DNA of 64,000 nucleotides from Rhodospirillales bacterium (GCA_038143065.1 JAYQLI010000035.1:1696894-1760893); one strand, 5' to 3'. Positions 1-11,798 are shown, counted from the first letter of the stretch. Made by a program: numbers and translations. Notes: generated from the letters alone by a model not told the origin.

Positions 1-580
1 CAAGGTTCATTGGGAAGGCATCTGACGCCTCTATCATCTTTGAAATGTGCCACTCACCGGGAGTGCAAGTAGTAGCATTTGTGCCAGTCGCCGGTCCTGT
101 ACCACCGCCTAACATAGTTGTTACGCCCGAATATAAAGCCTCATCAATTTGTTGAGGACAGATGAAATGGATATGAGAATCAAACCCACCTGCAGTTATT
201 ATTTTTCCCTCTCCGGCAATAACTTCCGTGGATGGTCCAATAATTATATTTACACCTGGCTGAACATCTGGATTGCCCGCTTTTCCTAAAGAAACAATCC
301 GGCCGTCCTTAATACCAATATCCGCTTTCACAACGCCCCAATAATCAAGAATTAAAGCATTTGTGATTACCGTATCTACCGCCCCATCACTCCGGCGCAC
401 TTGGGACTGCCCCATCCCATCGCGGATCACTTTCCCGCCACCAAACTTCACCTCATCGCCATAAATTGTGTGGTCTTTCTCAACCTCGATAAACAGTTCG
501 GTATCTGCAAGTCGCACTTTATCGCCGACCGTTGGTCCAAACATATCTGCGTATGCTGCACGTGAAATTTTTGTTGGCAT
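1..580 (-). CDS. ureC: Urease subunit alpha, 5' part (runs off the window start)
   Basis: Manual translation from ATG at 580: [36 protein letters not shown]...[18 protein letters not shown]...[15 protein letters not shown]...[21 protein letters not shown]; directly follows ureB. Confidence 0.97.
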   Translation of the reverse strand, partial: MPTKISRAAYADMFGPTVGDKVRLADTELFIEVEKDHTIYGDEVKFGGGKVIRDGMGQSQVRRSDGAVDTVITNALILDYWGVVKADIGIKDGRIVSLGKAGNPDVQPGVNIIIGPSTEVIAGEGKIITAGGFDSHIHFICPQQIDEALYSGVTTMLGGGTGPATGTNATTCTPGEWHISKMIEASDAFPMNL

Positions 581-582
581 CT

Positions 583-900
583 TTAGTTTTCCTTATTGAG
601 CGCACCCATGACTTCACCTCTGAAGCCAACTACGCGTTGCTCACCTTGGAATGGAACAAGTTGAACTTGTCGGGTCTGGCCTGGCTCGAAACGGACTGCT
701 GTTCCCGCTGCAATATCAAGCCTCATCCCTATCGCAGCTTCCCTATCAAAATTGAGAGCCGGATTAGTTTCTGCAAAGTGGTAATGGCTCCCAACCTGAA
801 TTGGACGATCGCCAGTGTTTGCTACACTCAGTGCTATAGATTTCAGGCCCAAATTTAATTCAATCTCACCATCTGCAACGATATATTCTCCAGGAATCAT
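583..900 (-). CDS. ureB: Urease subunit beta
   Basis: MIPGEY...[19 protein letters not shown]...[17 protein letters not shown]. Confidence 0.97.
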   Translation of the reverse strand: MIPGEYIVADGEIELNLGLKSIALSVANTGDRPIQVGSHYHFAETNPALNFDREAAIGMRLDIAAGTAVRFEPGQTRQVQLVPFQGEQRVVGFRGEVMGALNKEN

Positions 901-911
901 TCGACGGCTCC

Positions 912-1214
912 CTAACGAATTGGATTGTGAACAGTGACCAGCTTCACACCATCGGGGAATGTCGCTTCTACCTGAATGTCATGGATCATTTCAGGGATTC
1001 CATCCATAACTTGTTCTCTTGTGAGAACATGTGCCCCGGCCTCCATCAGATCTGCAACACGCCGACCGTCACGAGCTCCTTCAACCACGAAATCTGTAAT
1101 AAGGGCTATTGCTTCCGGATGGTTAAGCTTGACGCCTCGGTCAAGCCGACGACGCGCCACCATGGCGGCGCAAGCAATCATCAATTTATCTTGTTCACGC
1201 TGTGTTAGCCGCAT
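912..1214 (-). CDS. ureA: Urease subunit gamma
   Basis: [11 protein letters not shown]...KLNHPEAIA...[20 protein letters not shown]. Confidence 0.97.
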   Translation of the reverse strand: MRLTQREQDKLMIACAAMVARRRLDRGVKLNHPEAIALITDFVVEGARDGRRVADLMEAGAHVLTREQVMDGIPEMIHDIQVEATFPDGVKLVTVHNPIR

Positions 1215-1223
1215 ACTTTCCCC

Positions 1224-2042
1224 CTAACAACGCCAAACTCTAGGCACTTCTGCAGGACGGCCCAATGCAGATGCCCTAATTATTGAAATAATTTCTCCAA
1301 GTTGCTGTTTGAGCATTCCAGCCTCATTTCCCAACATGCGAACTACAAGCATGCCCCTAACAATGGTTGCTCCCCCCATCGGCCCGATAGCATCACGCGC
1401 CGCGCCTAGAACCTCACTCGCATTTGCTCCTACATAGAAAATGGTTGCTAGTGCCCGAGCATTAGAAAAACCAAGAGAAGAGCTTAAGGAAGAAAGCCCA
1501 CCCTCAACACGCAAGCCCTCGCGCCAAATAGGCTGACCCGCAACATCAATGCTCCAACGGTCTAGGAAAATACCCCTAGTAAAATCTTCTTTCATGGCCC
1601 ATCGCCCAAGAACAAACATTTCAGAAAGAAGAAGGCACGATCTTGCACCCAAACTTATATTTACTGCTCTGTTAAGCTTAGCCCCATCAAATAGGATGCT
1701 TTCCTGGGGCAGGTACTCAAGTGTTGAGTCATCCTCAATTTTTATGACAGTCCTTATCGAAGCTGGCATATCTATGGAGCGATATATTTTCTCGGCTGCT
1801 TGTCCTGTGACTAGAGCTTGAGCGTTTTGCGCGACAAGAATTTCAACGTGCGAGGTATCTCCTCCCGCAATCCCACCAGATGTATTAGCAAGCACAGCTT
1901 CAGGAATACCCCCCTAAACGGAGGGGGTTAGTATGCGCACTGGAGCACTTGCATAACGCTCAACTATACTATTGCGATTACAACGATTAGCGAATGCTAA
2001 TCGCGCAGCTCCATGGCTCCGCTGAAGCTGATCATCAGACAC
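1224..2042 (-). CDS. ureD: Urease accessory protein UreD, with one in-frame TAG at 1914-1916
   Basis: ORF 1224-1895 has LANTSGGIAGGD, TGQAAEKIYRS and LEYLPQESILFDGA. The same frame extends upstream past a single TAG to a GTG at 2042 (MSDDQLQRSHGAARLAF...). Confidence 0.88.
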
Positions 2043-2730
2043 TGAGTCGGCGTCGAACATCTGCTTCATCCAGTTCAGACGGGGCACCCGCCATTACTAC
2101 TTCACCACGATCCATAACCACATATTTATCAGCTAATTCCTTCGCAAAGTCGAAATACTGTTCAACTAAAATGATAGCGATATCGCCTTTGGTTACCAGA
2201 GACCGGATCGCTGCCCCAATTTGTTTGATGATAGAGGGCTGTATTCCTTCCGTAGGCTCATCAAGTGCTAAAAGTCTTGGCCTCATTACGAGCGCCCTTC
2301 CGATCGCAAGCTGCTGCTGCTGCCCACCAGAAAGATCGCCACCTCGCCTCCCCAACATCTCTTGCAATACGGGAAATAGTTCAAACACATCAGCAGGAAT
2401 GAAACGATCTTTCCTTGGGAGCATGCCAAAACCGGTCTTTAAGTTTTCCTCGACAGTTAGCATCGGAAAAATCTCTCGGCCCTGAGGCACTAAAGCAATC
2501 CCAGCACGCGCACGATCGGCTGCGCCCATTTGCGTGATATTATTTTCTTCCCATGATACCGATCCACCTTGGACACGCGCCTGCCCAAGGATGCCGCGAA
2601 TGAGACTAGTCTTTCCGACACCATTGCGGCCAAGAATACACGTGACTTCGCCCTTAGCAGCAGTCATCGTCACAGAACGCAAGGATTGGCTTGCACCGTA
2701 ATAGAGGTCGATGTTGCTAACCTTCAACAT
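2035..2730 (-). CDS. urtE: Urea ABC transporter ATP-binding subunit
   Basis: Walker A GRNGVGKT, LSGGQQQQLAIGRAL, LDEPTEGIQPSII; urt operon position. Confidence 0.93.
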   Translation of the reverse strand: MLKVSNIDLYYGASQSLRSVTMTAAKGEVTCILGRNGVGKTSLIRGILGQARVQGGSVSWEENNITQMGAADRARAGIALVPQGREIFPMLTVEENLKTGFGMLPRKDRFIPADVFELFPVLQEMLGRRGGDLSGGQQQQLAIGRALVMRPRLLALDEPTEGIQPSIIKQIGAAIRSLVTKGDIAIILVEQYFDFAKELADKYVVMDRGEVVMAGAPSELDEADVRRRLSV

Positions 2731-2732
2731 TT

Positions 2733-3497
2733 CTAGCGTCCCAAATAAACTTCGATTACGGCTTCATTGTTAGAGACATCGTCTAATGAACCTTCGGCGA
2801 GTACCGAACCTTCGTGTAATGCAGTCACTTTGCAGTCGAGAGCTCGCACAAACTCCATGTCATGTTCGACGACCACAACTGATCTTTTGCCGCCTGAAAT
2901 CTGCTTTAACATTTCTGCTGTTTGCATAGTTTCAGCGTCAGTCATTCCAGCAGCCGGCTCATCAATGAGTAGAACATCAGGTTCCTGAGCCAGCACCATA
3001 CCAATCTCTAACCACTGCTTCTGACCGTGCGACAAAGCCCCAGCAGTATCATTTGCTCTCGGCGCTAATGCGATTTCATTCAATATGCTATGAATTCGGT
3101 CATAGTCTTCATTTGAAAGGCGAGCAAACAATGTCTTGCTTGCACGCCTGTCGAGCTTAAGAGCTAACTCCATATTCTCAAAAACAGTATGGCTCTCGAA
3201 TACAGTTGGACGCTGGAATTTCCGCCCAACACCTAATGACGCTATCGCCGCCTCATCTAACTTGGTTAAGTCGTGACGGCCGTGAAGTAGAACGTCCCCT
3301 TTGTCAGGCCGGGTTTTGCCCGTAATAACATCCATCATAGTTGATTTACCCGCACCATTTGGACCAATGACAGCTCGCAGTTCGCCTGGCTCTAAGAACA
3401 AGCTGAGTTCATTCAGTGCTCTGAAACCATCAAAAGTTACAGTCACACCACTTACGTAAAGACTAGCGTTGGTAAGAACGGGGCTGGTATCAATCAT
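2733..3497 (-). CDS. urtD: Urea ABC transporter ATP-binding subunit
   Basis: [40 protein letters not shown]. Confidence 0.93.
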   Translation of the reverse strand: MIDTSPVLTNASLYVSGVTVTFDGFRALNELSLFLEPGELRAVIGPNGAGKSTMMDVITGKTRPDKGDVLLHGRHDLTKLDEAAIASLGVGRKFQRPTVFESHTVFENMELALKLDRRASKTLFARLSNEDYDRIHSILNEIALAPRANDTAGALSHGQKQWLEIGMVLAQEPDVLLIDEPAAGMTDAETMQTAEMLKQISGGKRSVVVVEHDMEFVRALDCKVTALHEGSVLAEGSLDDVSNNEAVIEVYLGR

Positions 3498-4614
3498 TCC
3501 TAACCTCCACGGAAGGCAGACTAGGTTTTAGAAAACGCTTCATAAGATTGCTTAGCCTCCCCATCTCTCCAACAATGCCCTTCGGAAAAAAGAGAGTTAC
3601 GGCGATAAAGAGGCCTCCAAGTGCGAAAAGCCAAATTTCTGGCAATGCCCCTGTTAAGTAGGTTTTGAGATAATTTACAGCTACCGCGCCTAGGGCTGCG
3701 CCGACTAAGGTTCCACGACCACCAAGTGCAACCCAGACAATTATTTCGATAGAATTTGCTGGAGAGAATTCTCCCGGGTTGATGATGCCTACCTGCGGAA
3801 CAAATAGTGCACCCGCCACACCTGCGATCATTGCGGAAACTACAAAGGCTACGAGCTAGTATCCTTCAGGCTTATATCCAAGAAAACGCGTTCTACTTTC
3901 CTGATCCCGAACAGCTGCCAAGACACGACCATATTTAGACATAGTCATCCAACGGCAAATCAAATAACCACCAATCAATGCTGCTGCCGAAGACAGCATC
4001 AATGCCGATCGAGTACCTGTCGCTTGTAGGTCGAACCCCAAAAAGTCTTTAAAGTCCGTAAGACCATTATTGCCCCCAAAGCCCATATCATTTCGGAAGA
4101 AGGCAAGCATCAAAGCAAAAGTCATTGCTTGAGTAATAATCGAGAGGTAGACGCCCGTAACCCGACTTCGGAATGCAAACCAGCCAAATCCAAATGCCAA
4201 AGTGCCAGGTACAATCATGCACATCAAAATGGCAAAGAGAGGGCTATCAAAACCATTCCAATACCAGGGCAGTTCCTGCCAATTTAGAAACACCATGAAA
4301 TCTGGAAGGTCAGGGTTTCCATAAACTCCTCGATCACCAATCTCCCTCATTAAATGCATGCCCATGGCATACCCACCCAGGGCAAAAAATGCGCCATGAC
4401 CAAGGCTTAAAATTCCTGCGTAGCCCCAAACAAGATCAACAGAAATAGCAAGTAGGGCATAGCAAAGATACTTACCTATAAGGCCAATCATGTAATCCGG
4501 AACATGGAAAGGAGATGCTGTTGGAGTGTAGGCATTTAGCATTACAGCGCCAAAGGCCACCGCCAATACTGCGGATACGAAAATACGCCCTTTGCCATCT
4601 ATTAAGGAAAGCAT
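3490..4614 (-). CDS. urtC: Urea ABC transporter permease, with one in-frame TAG at 3856-3858
   Basis: ORFs 3856-4614 and 3490-3831 are in the same frame (...[21 protein letters not shown]...). Motifs [41 protein letters not shown]. Confidence 0.9.
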
Positions 4615-4617
4615 CTG

Positions 4618-6249
4618 TTAATTCTCCACCGCACGCCCTTTGAGGGCGAAAAGTCCGCGTGGCCTGCGTTGAATGAAGAGAATGATGGCAACCAGGACAA
4701 TTATCTTTGCAAGAACAGCGCCCGATACCGGTTCCAAAAACTTGTTCACGACGCCGAGCGACAAAGCTCCCACCAGTGTTCCCCAAAGATTTCCAACCCC
4801 ACCAAAGACAACCACCATAAAGCTATCGATTATATAAGACTGCCCGAGGTTTGGACTGACATTATCAATCTGGCTCAGAGCTACGCCCGCCATACCAGCA
4901 ACCCCCGAACCAAGCCCAAAAGTCAGTGCATCAACGCGAGCAGAACGTATACCCATCGCATTCGCCATCCTCCGGTTCTGGGTAACGGCTCGCATTTCTA
5001 GGCCGATGGAAGTGAAACGAATAAGCGCCCAAACTCCGAACAAAACCGCCAGTGCAAAAACTATTATCCAAATACGGTTGTAAGTGAGGAGCACACCACC
5101 AGCGAGCTCCATTGCCCCACTCATCCACTCTGGGTTCCCCACCTCACGGTTCGTAGGACCAAAAATAGAGCGAACAGCTTGCTGAAGAATTAATGACACT
5201 CCCCAGGTCGCAAGCAGTGTTTCTAGTGGCCTACCGTACAACCATCGGATAACGGAACGCTCTAAACCAATTCCTATCATCCCAGATGTTAAAAAAGCCG
5301 CTGGAACTGCAACAGCAAGCGAGAGGCCAAAATATTCTGGCGCAGCAGACCTAAAAACTTCCTGAATCACAAAAGTTACGTAAGCACCTATCATCACCAT
5401 TTCACCATGAGCCATATTTATGACGCCCATGACCCCGAAGGTTATGGCGAGGCCGATCGCAGCAAGCAGCAAAACCGAACCGAGGCTTATTCCTTGAAAT
5501 ACACTACCTATAGCTCGGTATAGGACTAAGCGATCTTCTACCGCATCAAGAGCTACAATAGCTGCTTGGCGGACTTCTATATCCTTCTCTGCTTCACCTG
5601 TGAGGGGAGTTAAAAGAGCACGAGCTTCACTGGCGTCGCTATCACCTAACGTAGTGACTGCAGCGATACGTTTCTCATGAGGTGCTTCAGGCCGTATATC
5701 AATGGCAGCGATTGCCAAGGACATTGCTCGGGCCACACTGTCGTCACCCTCTTTTTCAAGCGCCTTTATCAAAATAGAGCGCTGATTGGGATCAGGATTT
5801 TTCAGGATAACAGAAGCTGCTTCAAGCCTGACAGATGCATCAGAATGAGTGAGATTTAGGCCGCCAAGGAAACCTCTAATTAAACGTCTTAATTTATTAT
5901 TAACCCGGACTTTTTTTAATTCTTTTCCAGAGGCCGAACCTACCTCATCTAAGGACACTGGGTCGGATAGAGCGAAAGCGTCTCCCGCGCGCTTTGTGAT
6001 GTATAGTTGGTTGTCACTTTTCCTAAAATAAAGATTGCCCTCAGCCATTGCATTCAAAATAGTAGCGGCGGCTGGATGCCCGCTGCCTGCAAGTTTTTCG
6101 ATACCTTTGGCTCGTTTGGTTACAGACTTTTCACTGAGAAGAGTGAGCCCGGGCAATGTCTCTGAAGCTTGAGCGGATGCCACAGCCGCAACACTGGCAA
6201 ACACAAGCGCAGATAAAAACAATGCTACAAATTTGGTTATGTATCGCAC
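4618..6249 (-). CDS. urtB: Urea ABC transporter permease with N-terminal periplasmic HEAT-like extension
   Basis: GLAITFGVMGVINMAHGE, LYGRPLETLLATWG, IIDSFMVVVFGGVG. Confidence 0.93.
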   Translation of the reverse strand: MRYITKFVALFLSALVFASVAAVASAQASETLPGLTLLSEKSVTKRAKGIEKLAGSGHPAAATILNAMAEGNLYFRKSDNQLYITKRAGDAFALSDPVSLDEVGSASGKELKKVRVNNKLRRLIRGFLGGLNLTHSDASVRLEAASVILKNPDPNQRSILIKALEKEGDDSVARAMSLAIAAIDIRPEAPHEKRIAAVTTLGDSDASEARALLTPLTGEAEKDIEVRQAAIVALDAVEDRLVLYRAIGSVFQGISLGSVLLLAAIGLAITFGVMGVINMAHGEMVMIGAYVTFVIQEVFRSAAPEYFGLSLAVAVPAAFLTSGMIGIGLERSVIRWLYGRPLETLLATWGVSLILQQAVRSIFGPTNREVGNPEWMSGAMELAGGVLLTYNRIWIIVFALAVLFGVWALIRFTSIGLEMRAVTQNRRMANAMGIRSARVDALTFGLGSGVAGMAGVALSQIDNVSPNLGQSYIIDSFMVVVFGGVGNLWGTLVGALSLGVVNKFLEPVSGAVLAKIIVLVAIILFIQRRPRGLFALKGRAVEN

Positions 6250-6281
6250 CAGAGGGTCCAGTTATACGGCGGGAAGAGAAA

Positions 6282-6309
6282 CCGGGGCACAGCTGACACT
6301 GTGCCCCGG
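6282..6309 (-). terminator. Intra-operon hairpin after urtA (partial terminator or mRNA stabiliser)
   Basis: Perfect 11-bp inverted repeat CCGGGGCACAG-ctgaca-CTGTGCCCCGG, followed by TTTCTCTT on the minus strand. Confidence 0.7.
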
Positions 6310-6332
6310 GGCGTTCTGAGAACCAGAAAACC

Positions 6333-7631
6333 TTAATAGCTAGCTGCGAATTTAGGTGTTTCGCAGTTGCCACACACCCATGGGTAAGTCCAATCTGCCG
6401 TCAGTTTGGCGCTCTCAGGGATAAAGTCTGACCAAGCATCACCGATTACAACGCCATCGGTAGACCATACCGTCTCAAACTGACCATCTGCCTGTACTTC
6501 GCCAATAAGTACTGGCTTGGAAAGGTGATGATTAACATTCATGACGGCTACACCACCTGTGAGGTTTTTAACTTTTTGGCCATACATTGCCTGACGAACA
6601 GCATCCACATCAGTGGTTCCAGCCTGCTCAACGGCCTGCACCCACATTTTAAAGCCGATGTAATGCGCTTCCATGGGATCATTGGTTACACGCTTTTTGT
6701 CTTTAATGAATGCATGCCACTTTTTAATGAAGTCTGAATTTTCTGGTGTTTCAACTGACATGAAGTAATTCCACGCCGCCAAGTGCCCAACGAGCGGTCC
6801 AGTATCGATACCTGCTAATTCCTCTTCTCCAACAGAAAAGGCGACCACAGGTAAATCTTCTGCCTTCACACCCTGGTTAGCGAGCTCCTTATAAAAAGGC
6901 ACGTTTGCATCACCATTAATTGTAGAGACTACAGCTGTCTTTTTACCTTCAGAGGCAAATGCCTTAACCCGTGAAACGATTGTCTGCCAATCAGAGTGAC
7001 CGAAAGGAGTGTACTCCTCCATAATATCAGCATCTGAAATGCCTTTTGCGTTCAAGAAGGCACGAAGAATTTTGTTGGTTGTACGTGGGTACACATAATC
7101 AGTACCCAAAAGAGCAAACCGGGTTGCACCGCCACCGTCTTCACTCATGAGATACTCAACAGCGGGAATTGCTTGCTGGTTTGGAGCAGCACCAGTGTAG
7201 AAGACGTTTCTGCTGCTCTCTTCGCCCTCATACTGAACTGGGTAGAAGAGCATACTATTTAATTCTTCAAATACTGGCAGAACTGATTTACGCGAAACCG
7301 ATGTCCAGCAGCCAAAAACAGCTGAAACTTGTTCCTTAGAAATTAATTCACGCGCTTTTTCTGCAAACAGGGGCCAGTTTGAAGCCGGATCTACAACCAC
7401 AGCCTCTAACTTCTTACCGAGCAAACCGCCTTTGGCATTTTGGTCTTCGATCAGCATTAACATCGCATCCTTAAGCGTCGTCTCGCTAATCGCCATTGTT
7501 CCTGAGAGAGAATGGAGAATTCCAACTTTAATCGTCTCTTGAGCAGATGCCAGCGCGGACGAAAAAGAGAGCGCTCCCGTCATAAGGCCGGCTGCTGCCC
7601 ACCTTTTTAATTTGCTACTTCTAGACTTCAT
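6333..7631 (-). CDS. urtA: Urea ABC transporter substrate-binding protein
   Basis: Signal peptide; IKVGILHSLSGTMAISE, FGCWTSVSRKSVLP, FYPVQYEG. Confidence 0.95.
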   Translation of the reverse strand: MKSRSSKLKRWAAAGLMTGALSFSSALASAQETIKVGILHSLSGTMAISETTLKDAMLMLIEDQNAKGGLLGKKLEAVVVDPASNWPLFAEKARELISKEQVSAVFGCWTSVSRKSVLPVFEELNSMLFYPVQYEGEESSRNVFYTGAAPNQQAIPAVEYLMSEDGGGATRFALLGTDYVYPRTTNKILRAFLNAKGISDADIMEEYTPFGHSDWQTIVSRVKAFASEGKKTAVVSTINGDANVPFYKELANQGVKAEDLPVVAFSVGEEELAGIDTGPLVGHLAAWNYFMSVETPENSDFIKKWHAFIKDKKRVTNDPMEAHYIGFKMWVQAVEQAGTTDVDAVRQAMYGQKVKNLTGGVAVMNVNHHLSKPVLIGEVQADGQFETVWSTDGVVIGDAWSDFIPESAKLTADWTYPWVCGNCETPKFAASY

Positions 7632-7673
7632 GGTCTTGGCCTCCTAGCCGAAGTTCAACATAACTAGGAGAGG

Positions 7674-7689
7674 AGCAATATCCGTGCCA
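7674..7689 (-). promoter_or_regulatory. Sigma54 (-24/-12) promoter of the urt-ure operon
   Basis: Minus strand reads TGGCAC-GGATA-TTGCT, an exact TGGCAC-N5-TTGC match, 42 nt upstream of the urtA start. Confidence 0.85.
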
Positions 7690-7785
7690 AATTCAAATTT
7701 TTGCCAAAAATATTTTTAACTCTATGAAAAAAATAGGTTTTCATGATTGCCTACTTTTTTGGAAAAAATGTAGATGATCATTAGC

Positions 7786-7852
7786 TGCACAAAATATGAT
7801 GCGGTGCACAAATTTTAACTGATGCATTGTTGCGCTGCACTATTTTTGGGCG
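7786..7852. promoter_or_regulatory. Putative NtrC-type enhancer sites
   Basis: TGCACTATTTTTGGGCG at 7836-7852 fits GC-N11-GC with a TGCAC half-site. Further TGCAC-A/T-rich half-sites start at 7805 (31 bp away) and 7786. An AT-rich spacer separates them from the sigma54 site. Confidence 0.65.
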
Positions 7853-7859
7853 AATGCTT

Positions 7860-8888
7860 TCAGGACGTGCCAATTGAAAGAAGGTTTTCAACTGGCTTGT
7901 AAAGTTCCTCAAGATACGCCACGGCTTCAGCAGGTAGCTCAATCGACGCGGCTGCAACCAGTTGATCAAGCTGGCTAATCTTGGAAACCCCAACAACTGG
8001 GGCCGTCACCTCTGATTTTGTCAAAAGCCATGCAACGGCTATCTGAGCAGGCGTATGGCCCAACTTTTCGGCTACTTCGACACAACGAGCAGCAATTTTA
8101 AAATCCATCTCGCCGCGATAGAGGCCCTCTGTTCTCTTTCTGTCGCCGCCTTGAGAGCGTGTTGTAGTGCCACCATCAAAATCACCCTGATACGCACCCG
8201 TTAAAATGCCTCGCGCAAGGGGTGACCATGGGGTTAGACCTACTCCAGTTAAGGCACAGTAGGGGTTCATCTCCCGCTCTTCCTCGCGGTAGATTAGATT
8301 GTAATGATTTTGCATTGATATGAACTTAGTCCATCCATGACGCTCTGCCGTCATTTGCAACTCACAAAATTGCCACGCGAACATTGAAGAAGCGCCGAGG
8401 TAGAGAGCCTTACCTGCCTTAACTACGTCGTGAAGGGCCTCCATCGTTTCTTCGATGGGCGCGGTTCCTTTAGCCAAGCCCCCATGCGGGTGACGGTGAA
8501 TAATGAGCTGGTCCACATAATCGAGGCCCATTCGCTTCAAGGAAGCATCTATACCTTCCATCACGTGCTTTCGGGATAGACCACCTTGGTTTGGATTTTT
8601 GCCCATCGGAGCTGCCATCTTCGTGGTGACGACATATTGGTCTCGGGGAGCAAGTTCCCGCAGCAATGCGCCAACAACTTCTTCACACGCACCAAGCCCA
8701 TAAACATCTGCACAATCAAAATAGAATAGCCCATGGTCAAGTGCTGCTTTGAAGATTGGTCTAGCTTCATCAATTGGAAGTGTCCAATCCCCTTGGTGTC
8801 CACGGCCAGGCTCACCAAAGTTCATCGTTCCCAAACAAAGGCGCGAGACACTGAGCCCGCTCTCCCCCAGTTGAACGGTCTTAAGCAT
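7860..8888 (-). CDS. Aldo/keto reductase
   Basis: VSRLCLGTMNFG, FDCADVYG, GGLSRKH...SLKRMGLDYVD, SMQNHYNLIYREEERE, PWSPLARG. Confidence 0.93.
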   Translation of the reverse strand: MLKTVQLGESGLSVSRLCLGTMNFGEPGRGHQGDWTLPIDEARPIFKAALDHGLFYFDCADVYGLGACEEVVGALLRELAPRDQYVVTTKMAAPMGKNPNQGGLSRKHVMEGIDASLKRMGLDYVDQLIIHRHPHGGLAKGTAPIEETMEALHDVVKAGKALYLGASSMFAWQFCELQMTAERHGWTKFISMQNHYNLIYREEEREMNPYCALTGVGLTPWSPLARGILTGAYQGDFDGGTTTRSQGGDRKRTEGLYRGEMDFKIAARCVEVAEKLGHTPAQIAVAWLLTKSEVTAPVVGVSKISQLDQLVAAASIELPAEAVAYLEELYKPVENLLSIGTS

Positions 8889-8904
8889 CGGCTTTCCTTA
8901 ATGT

Positions 8905-9959
8905 TTAGCGAAGTGCAGCGTTAATCGTATCTAGAACTGACGACCCAGGGCACAGCGTGCTCTCGCGAAGCTTATTGAGAGGCACTGATGAGGTCTTCAT
9001 ATTGGAGTGAAGATCCTCGGGCAAAGGATCAAGGTAGAGAAGACCAGTAGCCAATTCACCGGCCTGGCTTTTCTCTTCAATGAAGCTAAGAGCCCCTGCC
9101 TTATCAGCCGGATCATAATCAGGCGTGATTTTCCTAAGCCTGAGTGTGACACCATCAGCCTGCGGCACCTCTACCATCTCTCCTGGACCGTATTCGGCGG
9201 TCATGGGCGGAGCGCCAAGGATCACATCAAGGCGATTTACAGTCTCGTTGTGCTCTCTAACAAAGTCATAACTCTTGGTTGACCCTGCGTGATTGTTGAA
9301 AGCAACACATGGAGACACAACGTCCAGGATTGCAGCACCTGGATGACTGATGGCTGCCTTAATCAGCGGAACAAGTTGCTGCTTGTCACCCGAGAATGAT
9401 CTCGCGACATAAGAAGCACCCATAATGATAGCAAGGCTTGCGAGATCGATCCCTGAATCGTTATTCACGGCACCCTTTTGGCGACGGAACCTTTATCAGC
9501 TGTCGCCGAGAATTGACCCTTGGTCAGTCCATAAACACCATTGTTCATAACGATGTAGGTCATATTGACCCCGCGACGCATGAGGTGAGCAAACTGACCC
9601 AAACCAATCGAAGCACTGTCTCCATCACCCGAAACACCCATATAGATGAGATCTCGATTGGCGAGATTAGCGCCTGTCAAAACACTCGGCATACGCCCAT
9701 GCACGGTATTGAAACCGTGACTTGCACCCAGAAAATAAGTTGGAGCCTTAGAGGAGCATCCAATTCCTGAGAGCTTAGCAACCCTATGCGGCTCTATCGA
9801 AAGCTCGAAGCAGGCTTGAACAATTGCAGCCGAGATCGAGTCATGCCCACAACCCGCACAAAGGGTCGAAATAGCGCCCTCGTAATCGCGCCTCGTTTTG
9901 CCAGCCTCATTCTTGGTTAAGGATGGGTGGTGTAGCTTTGGCTTCGTGATGTATGTCAT
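8905..9959 (-). CDS. 2-oxoacid:acceptor oxidoreductase beta subunit (TPP-binding), frameshifted near 9476
   Basis: STLCAGCGHDSI, SGIGCSSK, VHGRMPS, GDGD...NNGVYGLTKGQFS. The two ORFs join if one A is restored in AAAA. Confidence 0.9.
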
Positions 9960-11798
9960 GAGACAGCCCTTTCCAGGGAAACGACCTTTAATTCTTCCAT
10001 CTGCTCACCTATCGCTCTCGCAATAAAACGACCAGTGATTGGCGTTCCATCATAGTGACAAATAGGAATGAGACGCGCTGGGTCAATTTCAAGCTCGTTT
10101 GAGAGCATTCCCCTGACCTGGCCATCGCGGTTTTGCTCCACAATAAAGACCCTGTCGTGCGCCATAATGAATTCCTTTACGGAATTAGGGAAAGGAATGC
10201 GCGAAGGCGCATCGAATTAACGTGACCGCCTTTTTCCTCCAGCAGATCTATCGCCTCATCCATGGCTGGGCTTGTTGACCCAAAGTATATCACCCCATAA
10301 CGCGTTTGTTCTTGGCTCTGCCGAACAATCGGTTGCGGAACGAGCGATTTCGCCGTCTCAAACTTCTTAGCGAGGCGCTCCATATTTTCGATATAGTCTT
10401 TACCTTCTTCAGAGTAACGCGCGAACTGATCCTTAGTTGTACCGCGAGTAAAATACGCCCCCTTCGTTGGATGCGTACTCGGGATAGTGCGGAAAGGCAC
10501 CCCATCACCGTCAACATCTAGATACCGGCCAAAGGTCTTACCTGCATCTAATTCTTCCGCCGTCATAACCTTACCGCGGTCGTAAGTGCGATTATCATCC
10601 CAAGAAAGAGGGTTACACAGGCGCTGGTTCATGCCTATGTCGAGATCAGTCATAACAAAAATGGGCGTCTGAAGCCGATCAGCCAAATCAAGGGAATCGG
10701 CACCAAACTCGAAACACTCTCTTGGGTCTTCTGGGAAAAGTAATACGTGTTTCGTATCTCCATTAGACGCATAAGCAGCGGCTAAAATATCTGCCTGTTG
10801 GGTGCGAGTTGGCATGCCAGTTGATGGGCCGCCCCGCTGTACGTTGATGATTACGGCCGGCACTTCTGCAAAGTAAGCAAGACCTATAAATTCCGTCATT
10901 AAGCTGACGCCAGGACCTGACGTTGATGTGAACGCACGCGCACCATTCCAGCCTGCTCCTATAACCATACCAATTGCAGCAAGCTCGTCTTCTGCCTGGA
11001 CGATAGCGTAGTTAGCCTCACCAGTTTCCTTGTCATGGCGGTAGCGTTGGCAAAAGGCCTGGAATGCTTCTGCCAAGGAGGAAGACGGGGTAATAGGATA
11101 CCAGGCACAGACTGTGGCTCCGCCATAGACGCAACCAAGAGCCGCCGCTGCATTACCTTCCATGAAAATTCTATCGCCAACCTTATCTACTGGCTTGACG
11201 CCAAGCTTGACCATGTCTGATCTAGGTTTTCGTGGGCATAGTCGCGACCAAGCTTAAGAGCTTGTTTGTTCGCGCCAATTAACGCCTCCTTACCCTTGTA
11301 TTGCTCTCCAAACAGCTTCTCAATTACCTCTGGGTCAATGTCCAGGAGCACTGACAGAACACCGATGTAGATAATATTCTTAAAAAGCTGACGCTGCCGC
11401 GCATCCGTGTAGGTAGCATTACAAATTGCAGTCAGCGGCACTCCAATGACGGTGATGTCATCGCGAAATGCAGAAGACGGCATGGGTCGAGTAGAGTCAT
11501 AAAAGAGATATCCGCCTGGAGACAGCTCTTCCACATCCTGTTTCCAGGTCTGCGGGTTCATAGCAACCAGAAGGTCTACACCACCGCGCCTTCCAAGATA
11601 GCCCTTCTCACTCACCCTAACTTCATACCAAGTAGGCAAACCTTGAATATTGGATGGAAAGATATTCCGTGGACTTACTGGCACACCCATCCTGAGAATA
11701 GATCGGGCGAATAGCTCGTTAGCGCTGGCAGAACCAGACCCATTAACGTTCGCAAATTTGACAACGAACTCGTTAATCGCAGCTATAGATTCTGACAT
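9956..11798 (-). CDS. 2-oxoacid:acceptor oxidoreductase alpha subunit, frameshifted near 11220 and 10190
   Basis: ANVNGSGSASAN, IFPSNIQGLPTW, WYPITPSSS, QAEDELAA, STSGPGVSLM, QRGGPSTGMPTR, IVEQNRDGQ across three consecutive ORFs. Confidence 0.9.

Noticed and set aside
1914-3858. Amber (TAG) recoding or pyrrolysine in ureD and urtC
   Set aside because: TAG ends normal genes here (e.g. ureA, urtD), the sites are not catalytic motifs, no pyl genes are present, and a TAA case also occurs; error or nonsense mutation is simpler.
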